This document shows, piece by piece, positions 19,520-28,589 of a stretch of 64,000 bases of DNA. A program made the position numbers and the translations under genes. Below the pieces are notes generated by a model. It saw nothing but the letters and a program-made list of their open reading frames with translations, was not told the origin of the DNA and searched no databases. Numbering within the stretch: position 1 is the first letter of the stretch; each line of letters begins with the position of its first letter. The stretch is from an uncultured Candidatus Saccharibacteria bacterium (GTDB lineage Bacteria; Patescibacteriota; Minisyncoccia; Phycocordibacterales; Phycocordibacteraceae). The stretch covers positions 3,509-67,508 of the forward strand of contig CAZJZB010000001.1 of NCBI GenBank assembly GCA_964550425.1, written 5' to 3'.

Positions 19520-19750
19520 TTGGTAATGACTGCGAATACCAAGACATTGCTTATGGTAAAGATTGATAAAAAGCTTAAGGAACGTGCCGCACTGGTCGCC
19601 AAGAGGCTAGGTATGCCCCTCGGTACCATGATTGTCGCGCTTATTAAACAGCTCGTTGAGCAGTGTTATATTCTGCTTCGTTTGGACAAAAAAGCCTTCC
19701 CGATCGAAGAGTATGATCGCAAGTTGCGAGAACGGCATAGCGCACGTTAA
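19520..19750 (+). CDS. RelB/DinJ-like ribbon-helix-helix antitoxin (orphan?)
   Basis: LLMVKIDKKLKERAALVAKRLGMPLGTMIVALIKQLV fits the DinJ pattern. Confidence 0.5.
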   Translation: MVMTANTKTLLMVKIDKKLKERAALVAKRLGMPLGTMIVALIKQLVEQCYILLRLDKKAFPIEEYDRKLRERHSAR

Positions 19751-19790
19751 TTGACCCGCTATATGACAGATGATACACTTTTGGAACAGT

Positions 19791-20015
19791 ATGATTACCA
19801 AAATAAAAAAACGAATAAATATCAGCGTCTCAAAGGAGGTTGACGTGGCGGTATCGTTACTTGCAAGACGTGATCGCGTTCCGCATGCGACAAAAGTCGC
19901 CCATCTTCTCTCGCTCGCTCTTGAGATTGAAGAGGATCAAGCGCTTGATGCTCTTGCGGCGAGGCGGGATACGCCGCGAGCAAAATTTGTATCGCACGCG
20001 CTGGCATGGCGATAG
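19791..20015 (+). CDS. ribbon-helix-helix antitoxin
   Basis: KRINISVSKEVDVAVSLLARR; overlaps the downstream toxin gene by 10 nt. Confidence 0.5.
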   Translation: MITKIKKRINISVSKEVDVAVSLLARRDRVPHATKVAHLLSLALEIEEDQALDALAARRDTPRAKFVSHALAWR

Positions 20016-20296
20016 GATTTACGATTCTGTATCAATCGACAATAACGCAAGAGGATATTCCGCGCATTGCAGAAACTTGGCGAGAGAAGGTTGCGTCAGC
20101 TATTGCCGACAAACTCACCACATATCCAGATGTGTACGGCAAGCCACTGCGCAGATCGCTTCGCGGGTATCGTAAATTGCGAGTTGGCGATTATCGAGTA
20201 ATCTTTCGTATTGATGCGGCAGTAGTAAAGATATTTGCAATTGCGCACCGATCCGTAGTGTATAAAATCATGGAACATCGTTCCAGAAGTGTATAA
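20006..20296 (+). CDS. type II toxin RelE/ParE family
   Basis: GYRKLRVGDYRVIFRIDAAVVKIFAIAHR. Confidence 0.7.
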   Translation: MAIGFTILYQSTITQEDIPRIAETWREKVASAIADKLTTYPDVYGKPLRRSLRGYRKLRVGDYRVIFRIDAAVVKIFAIAHRSVVYKIMEHRSRSV

Positions 20297-20424
20297 ATAG
20301 CCGAGTAGTGTTAGAGTCCACTCATACTGCTCCACTGAACAACTGACTTGACTGCTCTACCGCACCCCCTCTCTAGAATCTTATCCTGTTCATGAGCATA
20401 GAACAGGCCTAACAAAACGAGCGT

Positions 20425-21954
20425 ATGTCACTCAAAATCATATTAATAATGCTTGCGCTTTCCGGCGTCGGCGGCATCGTGCTCGGCTACGTGCTACGCG
20501 TTCTTATTGGTCTCGCGCAGCGCGGTTCGGTAGAGCTCGATATCAAACATAAACTGCTCACTGCCAAGGAACAGGCGGCGAAAATTATTGCCGATGCCGA
20601 GTTTCGCGGAGAGGTTATCGAGACGGAGCGTCTTGCACCTATCGAAGAACGCGAAGGAAAACTGGTTTCAAGAGAGGAGCGCCTCGCTTCACGAGAAGAG
20701 TTTCTTGATTCCCGCCAGCGTGATCTTGATGAAAAAGAGGCAAAGGTGCGAATCCGCGAACAGGAGGCGCAACGCGCAGAAGGTATCGCGGAGAATCTTT
20801 CCAAAGAACGTTCAAAGGAACTCGCAAAAGTCGCGCATCTCTCGGAAGCATCGGCGCGCGAGGAACTATTTTCTGAAATTGAACGCACTCATGAGGACGC
20901 GATACTCCTGCGGTTGCAGAAGCTTGCTGCAAACGGGCGCGAGCGTCTTGAGGACAAAGCACGTTCTATTCTCACCAGCGCCATCCACCGTCTCGGGAAC
21001 GCTGTAAATGCCGAGACGATGTCGCTCTCGGTCATGATCCCATCGGAGGATATAAAGGGAAAGATTATCGGGAAGGAAGGCCGTAATATCAAGGCCTTTG
21101 AACGCGCAACAGGCGTTGATGTCATCATCGATGATGCGCCGGACCGAATAACCCTTTCCTCTTTTGATCCGCTGCGCCGCGCTATTGCGAAGGTTGCGCT
21201 TGAAAAACTTATTGCCGATGGCCGCATCCAGCCGGCAAAGATAGATGAAACCGTTGAGAAAACGCGTGCAGAAGTTGCCGATATTGTGAAGCAGAAAGGT
21301 GAAGCCGCGGCGTATGATGTTGGCGTTATCGGGCTTGACCCAAAGCTGACGGCACTTCTTGGGCGTTTGCACTTCCGCACGAGTTACGGGCAGAACGTAC
21401 TCACTCATTCTATCGAGATGGCGCATATCGCCGGCATGCTTGCTGCGGAGCTCGGCGCTGATGTCGCTGTGGCACGTATGGGCGCGCTTCTGCATGATAT
21501 CGGAAAAGCGGTTGATCATGAGGTGCAGGGTACCCATGTCGAGATCGGGCACCGGATTCTCGAGAAATTCGGTGTTGATAAACGCGTCATTCTCGCGATG
21601 CAGTCGCATCACGAAGAATATCCGTACGAAACACCCGAAGCGATCATCGTGCAAGTGGCGGATGCTATTTCAGGCGGCCGACCGGGCGCTCGTCGCGACA
21701 CGGTCGACCGGTATCTCGAACGCCTCGGCGATCTTGAACGCCTCGCAGGCACCTTTGAGGGTGTCGAGAAGGTATATGCCATAGCAGCCGGTCGTGAAAT
21801 TCGCGTTTTTGTGAATCCCGGTAAAATCTCAGATGTCGCGATGCATAAGCTCGCGCGCGATATAGCGAAACGCATACAAGATGAATTGAGATACCCGGGC
21901 GAAATCAAAGTAAATATCATCCGCGAGAATCGTGTCGTTGAGTTCGCGCGATAA
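20425..21954 (+). CDS. rny: ribonuclease Y
   Basis: N-terminal TM helix, coiled coil, KH domain (GKIIGKEGRNIKAFERATGVDVIIDD), HD domain (LLHDIGKA). Confidence 0.9.
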   Translation: MSLKIILIMLALSGVGGIVLGYVLRVLIGLAQRGSVELDIKHKLLTAKEQAAKIIADAEFRGEVIETERLAPIEEREGKLVSREERLASREEFLDSRQRDLDEKEAKVRIREQEAQRAEGIAENLSKERSKELAKVAHLSEASAREELFSEIERTHEDAILLRLQKLAANGRERLEDKARSILTSAIHRLGNAVNAETMSLSVMIPSEDIKGKIIGKEGRNIKAFERATGVDVIIDDAPDRITLSSFDPLRRAIAKVALEKLIADGRIQPAKIDETVEKTRAEVADIVKQKGEAAAYDVGVIGLDPKLTALLGRLHFRTSYGQNVLTHSIEMAHIAGMLAAELGADVAVARMGALLHDIGKAVDHEVQGTHVEIGHRILEKFGVDKRVILAMQSHHEEYPYETPEAIIVQVADAISGGRPGARRDTVDRYLERLGDLERLAGTFEGVEKVYAIAAGREIRVFVNPGKISDVAMHKLARDIAKRIQDELRYPGEIKVNIIRENRVVEFAR

Positions 21955-22158
21955 GCCAAGATTGCTCCCACAGCTCGTATCGATTACGTCATGCAGCCCC
22001 AGTTCAATTTTCTCATCAAGGGATTCTTGTGTTTATCATTGATTTCGCACTATCCACGCAATCTTGGCAACCCCCATTGCGTAATATGGCGCATTTCCTA
22101 TACTTCTTCTCATACCCACTCCGAGATAGGTCGTGGGATTAGCAATTAGCAGATATTC

Positions 22159-22431
22159 ATGAATAAAGCAGACATTGTTGATAAGGTACACGGCGTTCTC
22201 GGTTCAACGAAGGCCGACGCCGAACGTGTCGTCGAGACGGTTATCGACTCAATCGTTTCCGGTCTCAAATCAGGGGACGAGGTGTCCATCGCCGGTCTCG
22301 GAATCTTTGCGACGAAAGCACGTCCTGCCCGCCAAGGCCGCAATCCCCGCACTGGCGAGACGATTCGCATCGCCGCAAGCCGCACAGCGAAGTTCCGCGC
22401 CGCAAAGGCGTTGAAAGACGCAGTGAAGTAA
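22159..22431 (+). CDS. hup: DNA-binding protein HU
   Basis: MNKADIVDKV..., RNPRTGETIRIAAS arm motif; 90 aa. Confidence 0.9.
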   Translation: MNKADIVDKVHGVLGSTKADAERVVETVIDSIVSGLKSGDEVSIAGLGIFATKARPARQGRNPRTGETIRIAASRTAKFRAAKALKDAVK

Positions 22432-22442
22432 CTAACTCAAAA

Positions 22443-22490
22443 AACAACGTGGCGCCCTCCGGGCGCCACGTTGTTTTTTTGCAAACCAGA
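22443..22490. terminator. bidirectional rho-independent terminator (hup on +, tRNA-Gly on -)
   Basis: AACAACGTGGCGCCC-tccg-GGGCGCCACGTTGTT, then TTTTTTT, with an A-run on the other side. Confidence 0.8.
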
Positions 22491-22500
22491 AACAATTTTG

Positions 22501-22572
22501 TGCGGGCGGCGGGAGTCGAACCCGCGCTGACTGCTTGGAAGGCAGCCGTCATAGCCGTTAGACCACGCCCGC
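22501..22572 (-). tRNA. tRNA-Gly (anticodon TCC); CCA not encoded
   Basis: Hand-folded cloverleaf: acceptor GCGGGCG/CGCCCGC, anticodon stem GCTGC/GCAGT, loop CTTCCAA, T-arm GCGGG-TTCGACT-CCCGC. Confidence 0.75.
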
Positions 22573-22686
22573 GCTTGCCCTTCGTAGCTCAAAGAGCGTA
22601 GTAGGGTTAGTGCGAGAATACCAGGAAACGAGTGTCCGTGCGAAGTATTTTGCACACTGTCTTTCAAAACGATTGTGCGCTAGCGT

Positions 22687-23835
22687 ATGGGGATGAACCA
22701 CCTTGCGCCCTATCTCGGCATCGTAACTGCCCTTTTTATTGGTATTTTTATCGCCGCTTTTTATAGCACTCACACCACTTCGCCCGTTTCAACAACCACA
22801 GTTCCTACATCCTCTCCAACGCTTTCTGTAGCACCACATCCCCCTCCGCTCCCGCCTCCATCGCAAGAGAATATCGCGACAAGTACCACATCATCCACGA
22901 TTCCCGTTCAAAAGAAAAAAGTTATTGCGCCTTCGGATCCAATCGTATCTACATCATCTGCTTCACAACCGGTCTCTATTTCAACAACGCTCACCCAATC
23001 TGAAAGTGCAGCACTCGATGCTGCCGCATCGGCGCTGCGTAGCGCACTCGTGAATATCATCTGCAATGTTTCTGCCGGAGGCGGCTTGCGCTCCATTAGC
23101 GGCAGCGGCGTTTTCATCGATCCTAAAGGCATCATCCTCACCAACGCGCATATTGCACAACATTTTCTCCTAGCCGACCGTAACGTTTCCTGCGTCATTC
23201 GCTCGGGAAGTCCTGCTACGGAGAGGTATGCTGCCGCACTTATATATATTTCACCTGATTGGCTTAAAGTGAATGCGGGAACACTTACCGAGGCGCTGCC
23301 AAGCGGGACCGGCGAATACGACTTCGCGCTCCTCGCGGTCTCTAAAAGCGCTACGACCGCGGTACTTCCCGCCGTATTCCCTTTCGTACCGCTCGCCACC
23401 ATACCGTCCTCTTCCAAAACACCAGTCGTCATTGCTTCCTACGGCGCGCAATTTCTCGAATCGAATCAGGTGCGGTTCTCTCTCTTCCCAACGATCGTTT
23501 TCGGTTCCGTGAAAGATGTATTTACTTTTGCTGTGAATAGTATCGATGTATTGGCGCTGGGCGGATCGGCTGCCGCGCAGGAGGGCTCTTCAGGCGGGGG
23601 CGTGGTCGATGCGGCCGGCGCTCTCATCGGCACTATCACTACCAGTACGGTTAAGGGCGCGACCAATACGCGTTCTTTAAACGCCATTACGGCATCTTAT
23701 ATTCGTGCCGAGTATGCAAGTGAGACAGGGGACGCTCTCGATCTTCTTCTTTCTAAACCGACCACCACTTCCATCAATGATTTCGCGCCGCAGATACCGG
23801 CTCTTGAATCAATCCTCACCGCTCATTTGCCTTAA
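22687..23835 (+). CDS. membrane-anchored trypsin-like (S1/chymotrypsin-fold) serine protease
   Basis: TM anchor, Pro/Ser/Thr linker, GSGVFIDPKGIILTNAHI (His) ... GSSGGGVVD (Ser). Confidence 0.6.
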   Translation: MGMNHLAPYLGIVTALFIGIFIAAFYSTHTTSPVSTTTVPTSSPTLSVAPHPPPLPPPSQENIATSTTSSTIPVQKKKVIAPSDPIVSTSSASQPVSISTTLTQSESAALDAAASALRSALVNIICNVSAGGGLRSISGSGVFIDPKGIILTNAHIAQHFLLADRNVSCVIRSGSPATERYAAALIYISPDWLKVNAGTLTEALPSGTGEYDFALLAVSKSATTAVLPAVFPFVPLATIPSSSKTPVVIASYGAQFLESNQVRFSLFPTIVFGSVKDVFTFAVNSIDVLALGGSAAAQEGSSGGGVVDAAGALIGTITTSTVKGATNTRSLNAITASYIRAEYASETGDALDLLLSKPTTTSINDFAPQIPALESILTAHLP

Positions 23836-23929
23836 CTATCGGGCCGCCGAGAATTGGACTCGGTCTACCTGCTCCCAAAGCAGGCGTACTACCGGCATAC
23901 TCCGGCCCGTTGCTCCGCACTGTAACACC

Positions 23930-24328
23930 CTATACGATTTGTGGTAGGTAGGTGATGCGCGCTGCACCGTCCCGACGTCGCAGCCAGACGAGACAACCGT
24001 CTATCTGCCACTCCCCTTCCCAATTTTTCTCAGAGACATACCACTCTCCCGTCCGCGCGACCTTCCGAATTTTTGCCGCATGAAGATTAAGAGATGGGTC
24101 ATACGCATCTTCCCCTTTACATTCCGCCAGAGGGAATTCGTCGGCAAGTACCGTCTTCACTTCAACAAAGTGCAGCGTACTTTCTTTCTCTGCGATTATG
24201 TCGAGCTCACCGGTCTTGCGCGCAAAATTTCGATCTCTGATAAAGAAACCGTGCCGTCGTAAGTACTCGGCAGCTACATTCTCGCCAAAGGTACCCACTT
24301 CCTTACGAGTTTTAGAAGATAGATCCAC
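23930..24328 (-). CDS. yraN: YraN-family (UPF0102) endonuclease-like protein
   Basis: GELDIIAEKESTLHFVEVK core. Confidence 0.7.
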   Translation of the reverse strand: MDLSSKTRKEVGTFGENVAAEYLRRHGFFIRDRNFARKTGELDIIAEKESTLHFVEVKTVLADEFPLAECKGEDAYDPSLNLHAAKIRKVARTGEWYVSEKNWEGEWQIDGCLVWLRRRDGAARITYLPQIV

Positions 24329-24460
24329 GGCCTTTAGAAATATGGCTCATTCGTTGAGTATACTCTAGGACCACTCTTAGAAATAGTTATTAGACGCATG
24401 TCCTTTATCCCCAGTATCCCCAATGTTATCCACTTACGACACGGAACCAAAAGACACACA

Positions 24461-24486
24461 AAAATGGCTCAATCGAGCCATTTTTG
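24461..24486 (-). terminator. hairpin terminator downstream of tRNA-Gly(GCC) and its trailer
   Basis: AAAATGGCTC-aatc-GAGCCATTTT, followed by a T-run on the minus strand. Confidence 0.5.
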
Positions 24487-24639
24487 CGTTTAAGAAACTT
24501 TAAGTCAAATCTATCTTTCGGTGCGGGGGAGAACCGTGATTACACTTTCGGCCACGGATAATTTTCTCGCCGCCGCTCGAAAATTTCCTCGGCCCCGCCT
24601 CGCGGTTTTGCCTGTTGGCAAAACATCGCTCCGGCATTC

Positions 24640-24657
24640 GATTCTCCCTACTCGTCC
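24640..24657 (+). repeat. 18-nt inverted copy of the tRNA-Gly(GCC) 3' end (T-loop to acceptor)
   Basis: TTCGATTCTCCCTACTCG is identical to tRNA positions on the opposite strand, 20 nt beyond the tRNA 3' end. Confidence 0.7.
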
Positions 24658-24676
24658 CATCCTCGCTATGCTCGTC

Positions 24677-24750
24677 TGGTGCGAGTAGGGAGAATCGAAC
24701 TCCCATCATCTGATTGGCAACCAGATGTTCTACCATTGAACCATACCCGC
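24677..24750 (-). tRNA. tRNA-Gly (anticodon GCC); CCA encoded
   Basis: Acceptor GCGGGTA/TACTCGC, D-arm GTTC/GAAC, anticodon loop TTGCCAA, T-arm GGGAG-TTCGATT-CTCCC, then ACCA. Confidence 0.8.
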
Positions 24751-24970
24751 GCTAGGCGACATGATACCATGTCGCCAGTTTTTATTTCCAGTGCAGTATT
24801 CTTGAATTAGTCCGAACGCATTTCGCCGCCTGCGGCGGTAAAGAAGTCCCCCCGCGAAAATTCGGAAAGGCGGCGGGCCGCGCCGCTGATTCAGCAGAAT
24901 CACCTACTGGGTGACAATTTCAAGTTTTTCTTTGGCGGCATTCAATTATGAATTTACAAAATAAATACAA

Positions 24971-25853
24971 CTACGCCTTAGGAGTTTCAATATTTCCTCC
25001 CTCAATCGGGTTTACTTCCGGCTTTATTTCACCTGGCGGAATTTCACCCTCCGGAACTTCTAACTTTTCCTCTGGCTTAGGTTCTTCGGGCTTCTCCTCT
25101 TCCAGCTTCTGTTTTTCTTCTTCCAATTTTTTGTCCACGCGCTCGGTTGCTTCTTTGGTTAAGTCCTCATCAAATTTTTTCAAAAGGTCTGGTAATGCTT
25201 CAAGAATTTTTGGCAGTAGTTTAATTCCTTCTTTGAAAGCTTTCGCCAAAGATTGCGCCATTTCCGGATTGAGAGAACCCATTGACTTGCTTTCAACATT
25301 TCGTCCCTCAGGAGTTTTCCCGCTCTTAAAAATGCTTTCAAAGTCACGGGGATTAAGTCCCTCAAATTCCTTGAACACTTCGTCAAGTTTTTCTTGTAGA
25401 ATTTTTTCTTTTTCTTCGCGGATAAGCCGTTCTTTTTCCTGTTGGCTGATAAGTTCCTCTTTTTGTTTTTCTAATCCTTCTTGTTCGGCTTTGAGTTTTT
25501 CCAATTTATCTTTTTCTGAAAACACACTTGGCGGGTCTTCTTCTGTTGGCGGAAGTCCAAGTTTTTCTCTCGCGGCGTTTAGGGCAGATTTTGTTCCTTC
25601 AACAGATTCTGATAAACGAGTTATTTCTTCTTGCTTGGCCTTGGCTTCGCCCTCTAAATTTTTAAGCTGTTCTTCCGGCGATAATTCAGGTTCTTCTGCT
25701 ACTTGTTCTTGCCCTTCTTCTGCTTTTAATTTTTCCAATTCTTCCGGTGTAAGTTCGCCCTCCAGTTTTTTCCCAGCATTAACATCAGCACCAACCTCGT
25801 TGGGATTTAGTTCTGCATTATTCGTATTTGGAGCACCTTCAAATTTTGGCATA
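24971..25853 (-). CDS. Glu/Lys-rich coiled-coil protein (hypothetical)
   Basis: EK-rich heptads. The Ser-rich + strand ORF 24948..26213 is its codon-complement shadow. Start chosen at MPKFEG. Confidence 0.45.
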
Positions 25854-25986
25854 GTTTTTGTTGAATGTATTAAAAAATTTTCTTCCCCCAAAATTAAAAT
25901 ATGGTTCGAGCCGATGTTTTTCTCCGGGTTCTTTTGCGGTTTTGAGCGGTATTGTTCGCACTTCCATTTTAGCATAATTCCTTTCT

Positions 25987-26003
25987 GGTGCGCCCGCCAG
26001 GAC
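25987..26003. repeat. direct partial copy of the tRNA-Arg 3' end, including a CCA
   Basis: TGGTGCGCCCGCCAGGA compared with the tRNA 3' end TGTGCGCCCGCCAGGA at 26141..26156; ~135 bp apart. Confidence 0.55.
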
Positions 26004-26142
26004 CGCGATTACGCTTATCGAAACTTACAGTTTCAGTACACCTTGCGGATTTTCTGTTCGCTTCGCTTCATAAAATGCTCGCAAGGTCTTCGATTCCTGT
26101 TCGCACGCCTCCCAGGCGTGCTTCGGGGCACATTCTCGCTTT

Positions 26143-26215
26143 GCTCGTATGTGCGCCCGCCAGGAATCGAACCCGGAACCTCTTCGTCCGAAGCGAAGCG
26201 CTCTATCCGTTGAGC
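26143..26215 (-). tRNA. tRNA-Arg (anticodon TCG); CCA not encoded
   Basis: Acceptor GCGCCCG/CGGGCGC, D-arm GCTC/GAGC, anticodon stem CTTCG/CGAAG with loop CTTCGGA, T-arm CCGGG-TTCGATT-CCTGG. Confidence 0.75.
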
Positions 26216-26231
26216 TACGGGCGCGTAGCGA

Positions 26232-26261
26232 GGATGAGAGAATGTGAGTACTCCAACATTC
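26232..26261. promoter_or_regulatory. 10-bp-stem inverted repeat between the divergent tRNA-Arg and cca
   Basis: GAGAGAATGT-N10-ACATTCTCTC. Confidence 0.35.
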
Positions 26262-26313
26262 TCTCGCCCCGAGCGCACAACCCCATACTACGACACTGTG
26301 CTACGATTCGGAA

Positions 26314-27777
26314 ATGCACTATCGTATTCCGAATGAAGTTGCAAAGGTGGGTGATGGCCTGCGCGGCGCTGGATTTGAGTCATATCTTGTCGGCGGATGC
26401 GTTCGCGACCTTGTTATCGGGCGAGAACCCAAGGATTGGGACATTACCACTAATGCAACACCGGAGCAGATTCAGGCCGTATTTCCCGACTCTTTTTACG
26501 AAAATGATTACGGCACAGTCGGAGTGAAGACGGGCTCAGATGATTCTCGCCTTTCCATCATTGAGGTAACTCCCTATCGCACCGAATCCGCCTATTCCGA
26601 TAAGCGCCGGCCGGACAAAGTAGAATTCGGCACTTCCCTTCCAGAAGACCTCGCGCGCCGCGACTTCACCATAAATGCCATTGCACTAGACGATTCTAAA
26701 GGACACATAATTGATCCCTACGAAGGTCAAAAGGACATAAAGGACAAAATGGTACGAGCAGTCGGTAACGCCTCCGAGCGACTCAATGAAGACGCTCTAC
26801 GCATGCTGCGTGCGGTCCGTTTAGTCGCTGAGCTTGAATTCGGTATAGAAAGTAATACCGCAGCCGCCATAAGCGAAAATAGCAAGCATTTAAGACATGT
26901 TTCACGTGAAAGGATTCGTGATGAGTTCATTAGGATATTGAATTCAAGCCAGCCGATGAATGCTCTTGTTCTCGCACAGCAACTTGGCATCCTGGAATTC
27001 ATTGTCCCTGACATTATTCGCGGCATTGGCGTTGAGCAGAACCAGGCCCATTCATATGACGTTTTCGGACATAATCTCCGGACTATGCAGCATGCGGCTG
27101 ACAAAGAGTGGGGATTTGATATCCGTCTTGCTGGTCTCTATCACGACATTTCAAAACCGGAGACCCGTCGTTGGTCTGAAGAGAAAAAGGACTGGACATT
27201 CCATGGTCATGAAGTTGTTGGTTCACGTGTAACAAAGAAAGCCCTTGAAGATCTACATTTTTCACGCGAAACAATAGATAAAGTCGTTAAATTAGTACGA
27301 TGGCACATGTTTTTCTCTGATCCAGAGCAAATTACACTCTCCGCTGTGCGCCGCATGATAAAGAACGTTGGCGAAGAAAATATATGGGACTTACTCAATC
27401 TCCGTATCTGCGACCGTGTCGGGACTGGTCGGCCAAAGGAACAGCCATTTCGGTTCCGCAAGTATAAAGCGATGGTTGACCAAGCGCTTCGCGATCCAAT
27501 ATCTGTATCTATGCTTAAGACAGACGGTAGGCATATTATGGATAAGTTTCATATGAAACCAGGACCTAAAATAGGATGGACACTCAATGCTCTTCTTGAG
27601 GAAATACTTGATGATTCTGATAAAAATACAGAGGAATATCTCGATAAAAGGACAGAAAACCTACTTAAAATGCCTGAAGATGAGCTAAAGAAGCTCGGAG
27701 AGGCGGGGAAGTTGCGTCGTGAAGCAGCTGAAGATGAGGAAATAAAGCATATAATGGAGAAATATCACGTCTGTTAG
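26314..27777 (+). CDS. cca: CCA-adding tRNA nucleotidyltransferase with HD domain
   Basis: GGCVRD, RRDFTINA polymerase-beta-like head; HD (HDISK); 487 aa. Confidence 0.85.
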   Translation: MHYRIPNEVAKVGDGLRGAGFESYLVGGCVRDLVIGREPKDWDITTNATPEQIQAVFPDSFYENDYGTVGVKTGSDDSRLSIIEVTPYRTESAYSDKRRPDKVEFGTSLPEDLARRDFTINAIALDDSKGHIIDPYEGQKDIKDKMVRAVGNASERLNEDALRMLRAVRLVAELEFGIESNTAAAISENSKHLRHVSRERIRDEFIRILNSSQPMNALVLAQQLGILEFIVPDIIRGIGVEQNQAHSYDVFGHNLRTMQHAADKEWGFDIRLAGLYHDISKPETRRWSEEKKDWTFHGHEVVGSRVTKKALEDLHFSRETIDKVVKLVRWHMFFSDPEQITLSAVRRMIKNVGEENIWDLLNLRICDRVGTGRPKEQPFRFRKYKAMVDQALRDPISVSMLKTDGRHIMDKFHMKPGPKIGWTLNALLEEILDDSDKNTEEYLDKRTENLLKMPEDELKKLGEAGKLRREAAEDEEIKHIMEKYHVC

Positions 27778-27839
27778 CGTTTTTTAACATCAAAATGGTT
27801 CACGTGTAACACACAACCAAAGTTCTTAAAGATAAAAAC

Positions 27840-27930
27840 AACAAAGCCACCCGTTGGTGGCAAGAGACGAAAAGGAGCAATGGGCGTAAGTTGGTGTCTC
27901 TAGCCCGAGAAATTGGGGTGGCTTGTTTAT
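27840..27930 (+). ncRNA. nested stem-loop element downstream of cca (terminator or small structured RNA)
   Basis: Outer stem AAACAAAGCCACCC/GGGTGGCTTGTTT enclosing inner stem AGAGAC/GTCTCT. Confidence 0.3.
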
Positions 27931-28199
27931 ATACTTCTGGCGCTTTTCTACTTCAAGATACCGTGCCGGATGGCTTGTATCGCGGATCGCCGCGGCGCAG
28001 GCAGGCACTCGTGTGATAGCGCTCTGATTTCGACAGATATAAAGATCAAGAAGGTACATCCGGTCCCTCATTGATAGTATTCTAGTAAAGGACAAAGTAA
28101 AGGACGCCCTGTGGATAAAGGACATAAGTCCTTAATGACAAACATCCAACAATAAACTTACAACGAATGCATTTAAATTCCGTTGTTTGTTGGAAGCTG

Positions 28200-28262
28200 T
28201 TAGTTGGTGGTTATGCTAATCGGGCAGTGGTCGGAGCCGTAGACGTCAGGGTAGATAACAGC
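28200..28262 (-). pseudogene. 3'-terminal fragment of a second exodeoxyribonuclease III gene
   Basis: Encodes ...VIYPDVYGSDHCPISITTN*, cf. the xth C-terminus ...ICSDIYGSDHCPVSITIG* at 28797. DNA GGGCAGTGGTCGGAGCCGTAGA is repeated at 28223 and 28820. No upstream xth body. Confidence 0.5.
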
Positions 28263-28313
28263 TTGACTTTGAAGAGGGGAGGTAATAAAGTAAGAAAGTA
28301 AGGAATTTAATAT

Positions 28314-28589
28314 ATGCAAACAATAGAAAAAATACAAAAGATAACAAGCAAGGGGCAGATTACTCTGCCAGTGGCATGGCGACGTCACACTGGAGCACAT
28401 ACCATTTCTGTAACAACAAGAGGGAATCGAATAGAGATAGCTCCTGCGAGGCTCCAAAAAGTTTCCGAGCACACGGTTTTTAATGCCGTCCGAGATAATA
28501 ATGGGAAGGGAATAAAAATTGATAAACTCATAAGAATCTTGGAGAAATTAGTAAAAGAAGATGAACGACATAGAAAAATTACTGCGTAA
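28314..28589 (+). CDS. AbrB/MazE/SpoVT-type antitoxin
   Basis: SKGQITLPVAWRR swapped-hairpin motif. Confidence 0.6.
   Translation: MQTIEKIQKITSKGQITLPVAWRRHTGAHTISVTTRGNRIEIAPARLQKVSEHTVFNAVRDNNGKGIKIDKLIRILEKLVKEDERHRKITA

Noticed and set aside
20866-21654. 262-aa - strand ORF and neighbouring antisense ORFs within rny
   Set aside because: Antisense to RNase Y, which has clear KH/HD motifs.
22501-22572. Initial reading of this tRNA as tRNA-Trp (CCA anticodon)
   Set aside because: Re-folding showed the 5-bp anticodon stem only pairs with loop CTTCCAA. This puts TCC at positions 34-36, giving Gly.
24487-24676. tmRNA (ssrA) hypothesis for the tRNA-Gly trailer
   Set aside because: There is no 5' strand complementary to an ...ACCA acceptor end. 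No plausible tag ORF ends in a hydrophobic ALAA-like tail, and no tRNA-like T-arm can be formed on either strand.
24948-26213. 421-aa Ser/Phe-rich + strand ORF
   Set aside because: This is the codon complement of the Glu/Lys-rich minus-strand gene. It also runs across the tRNA-Arg gene, so it is not a real CDS.
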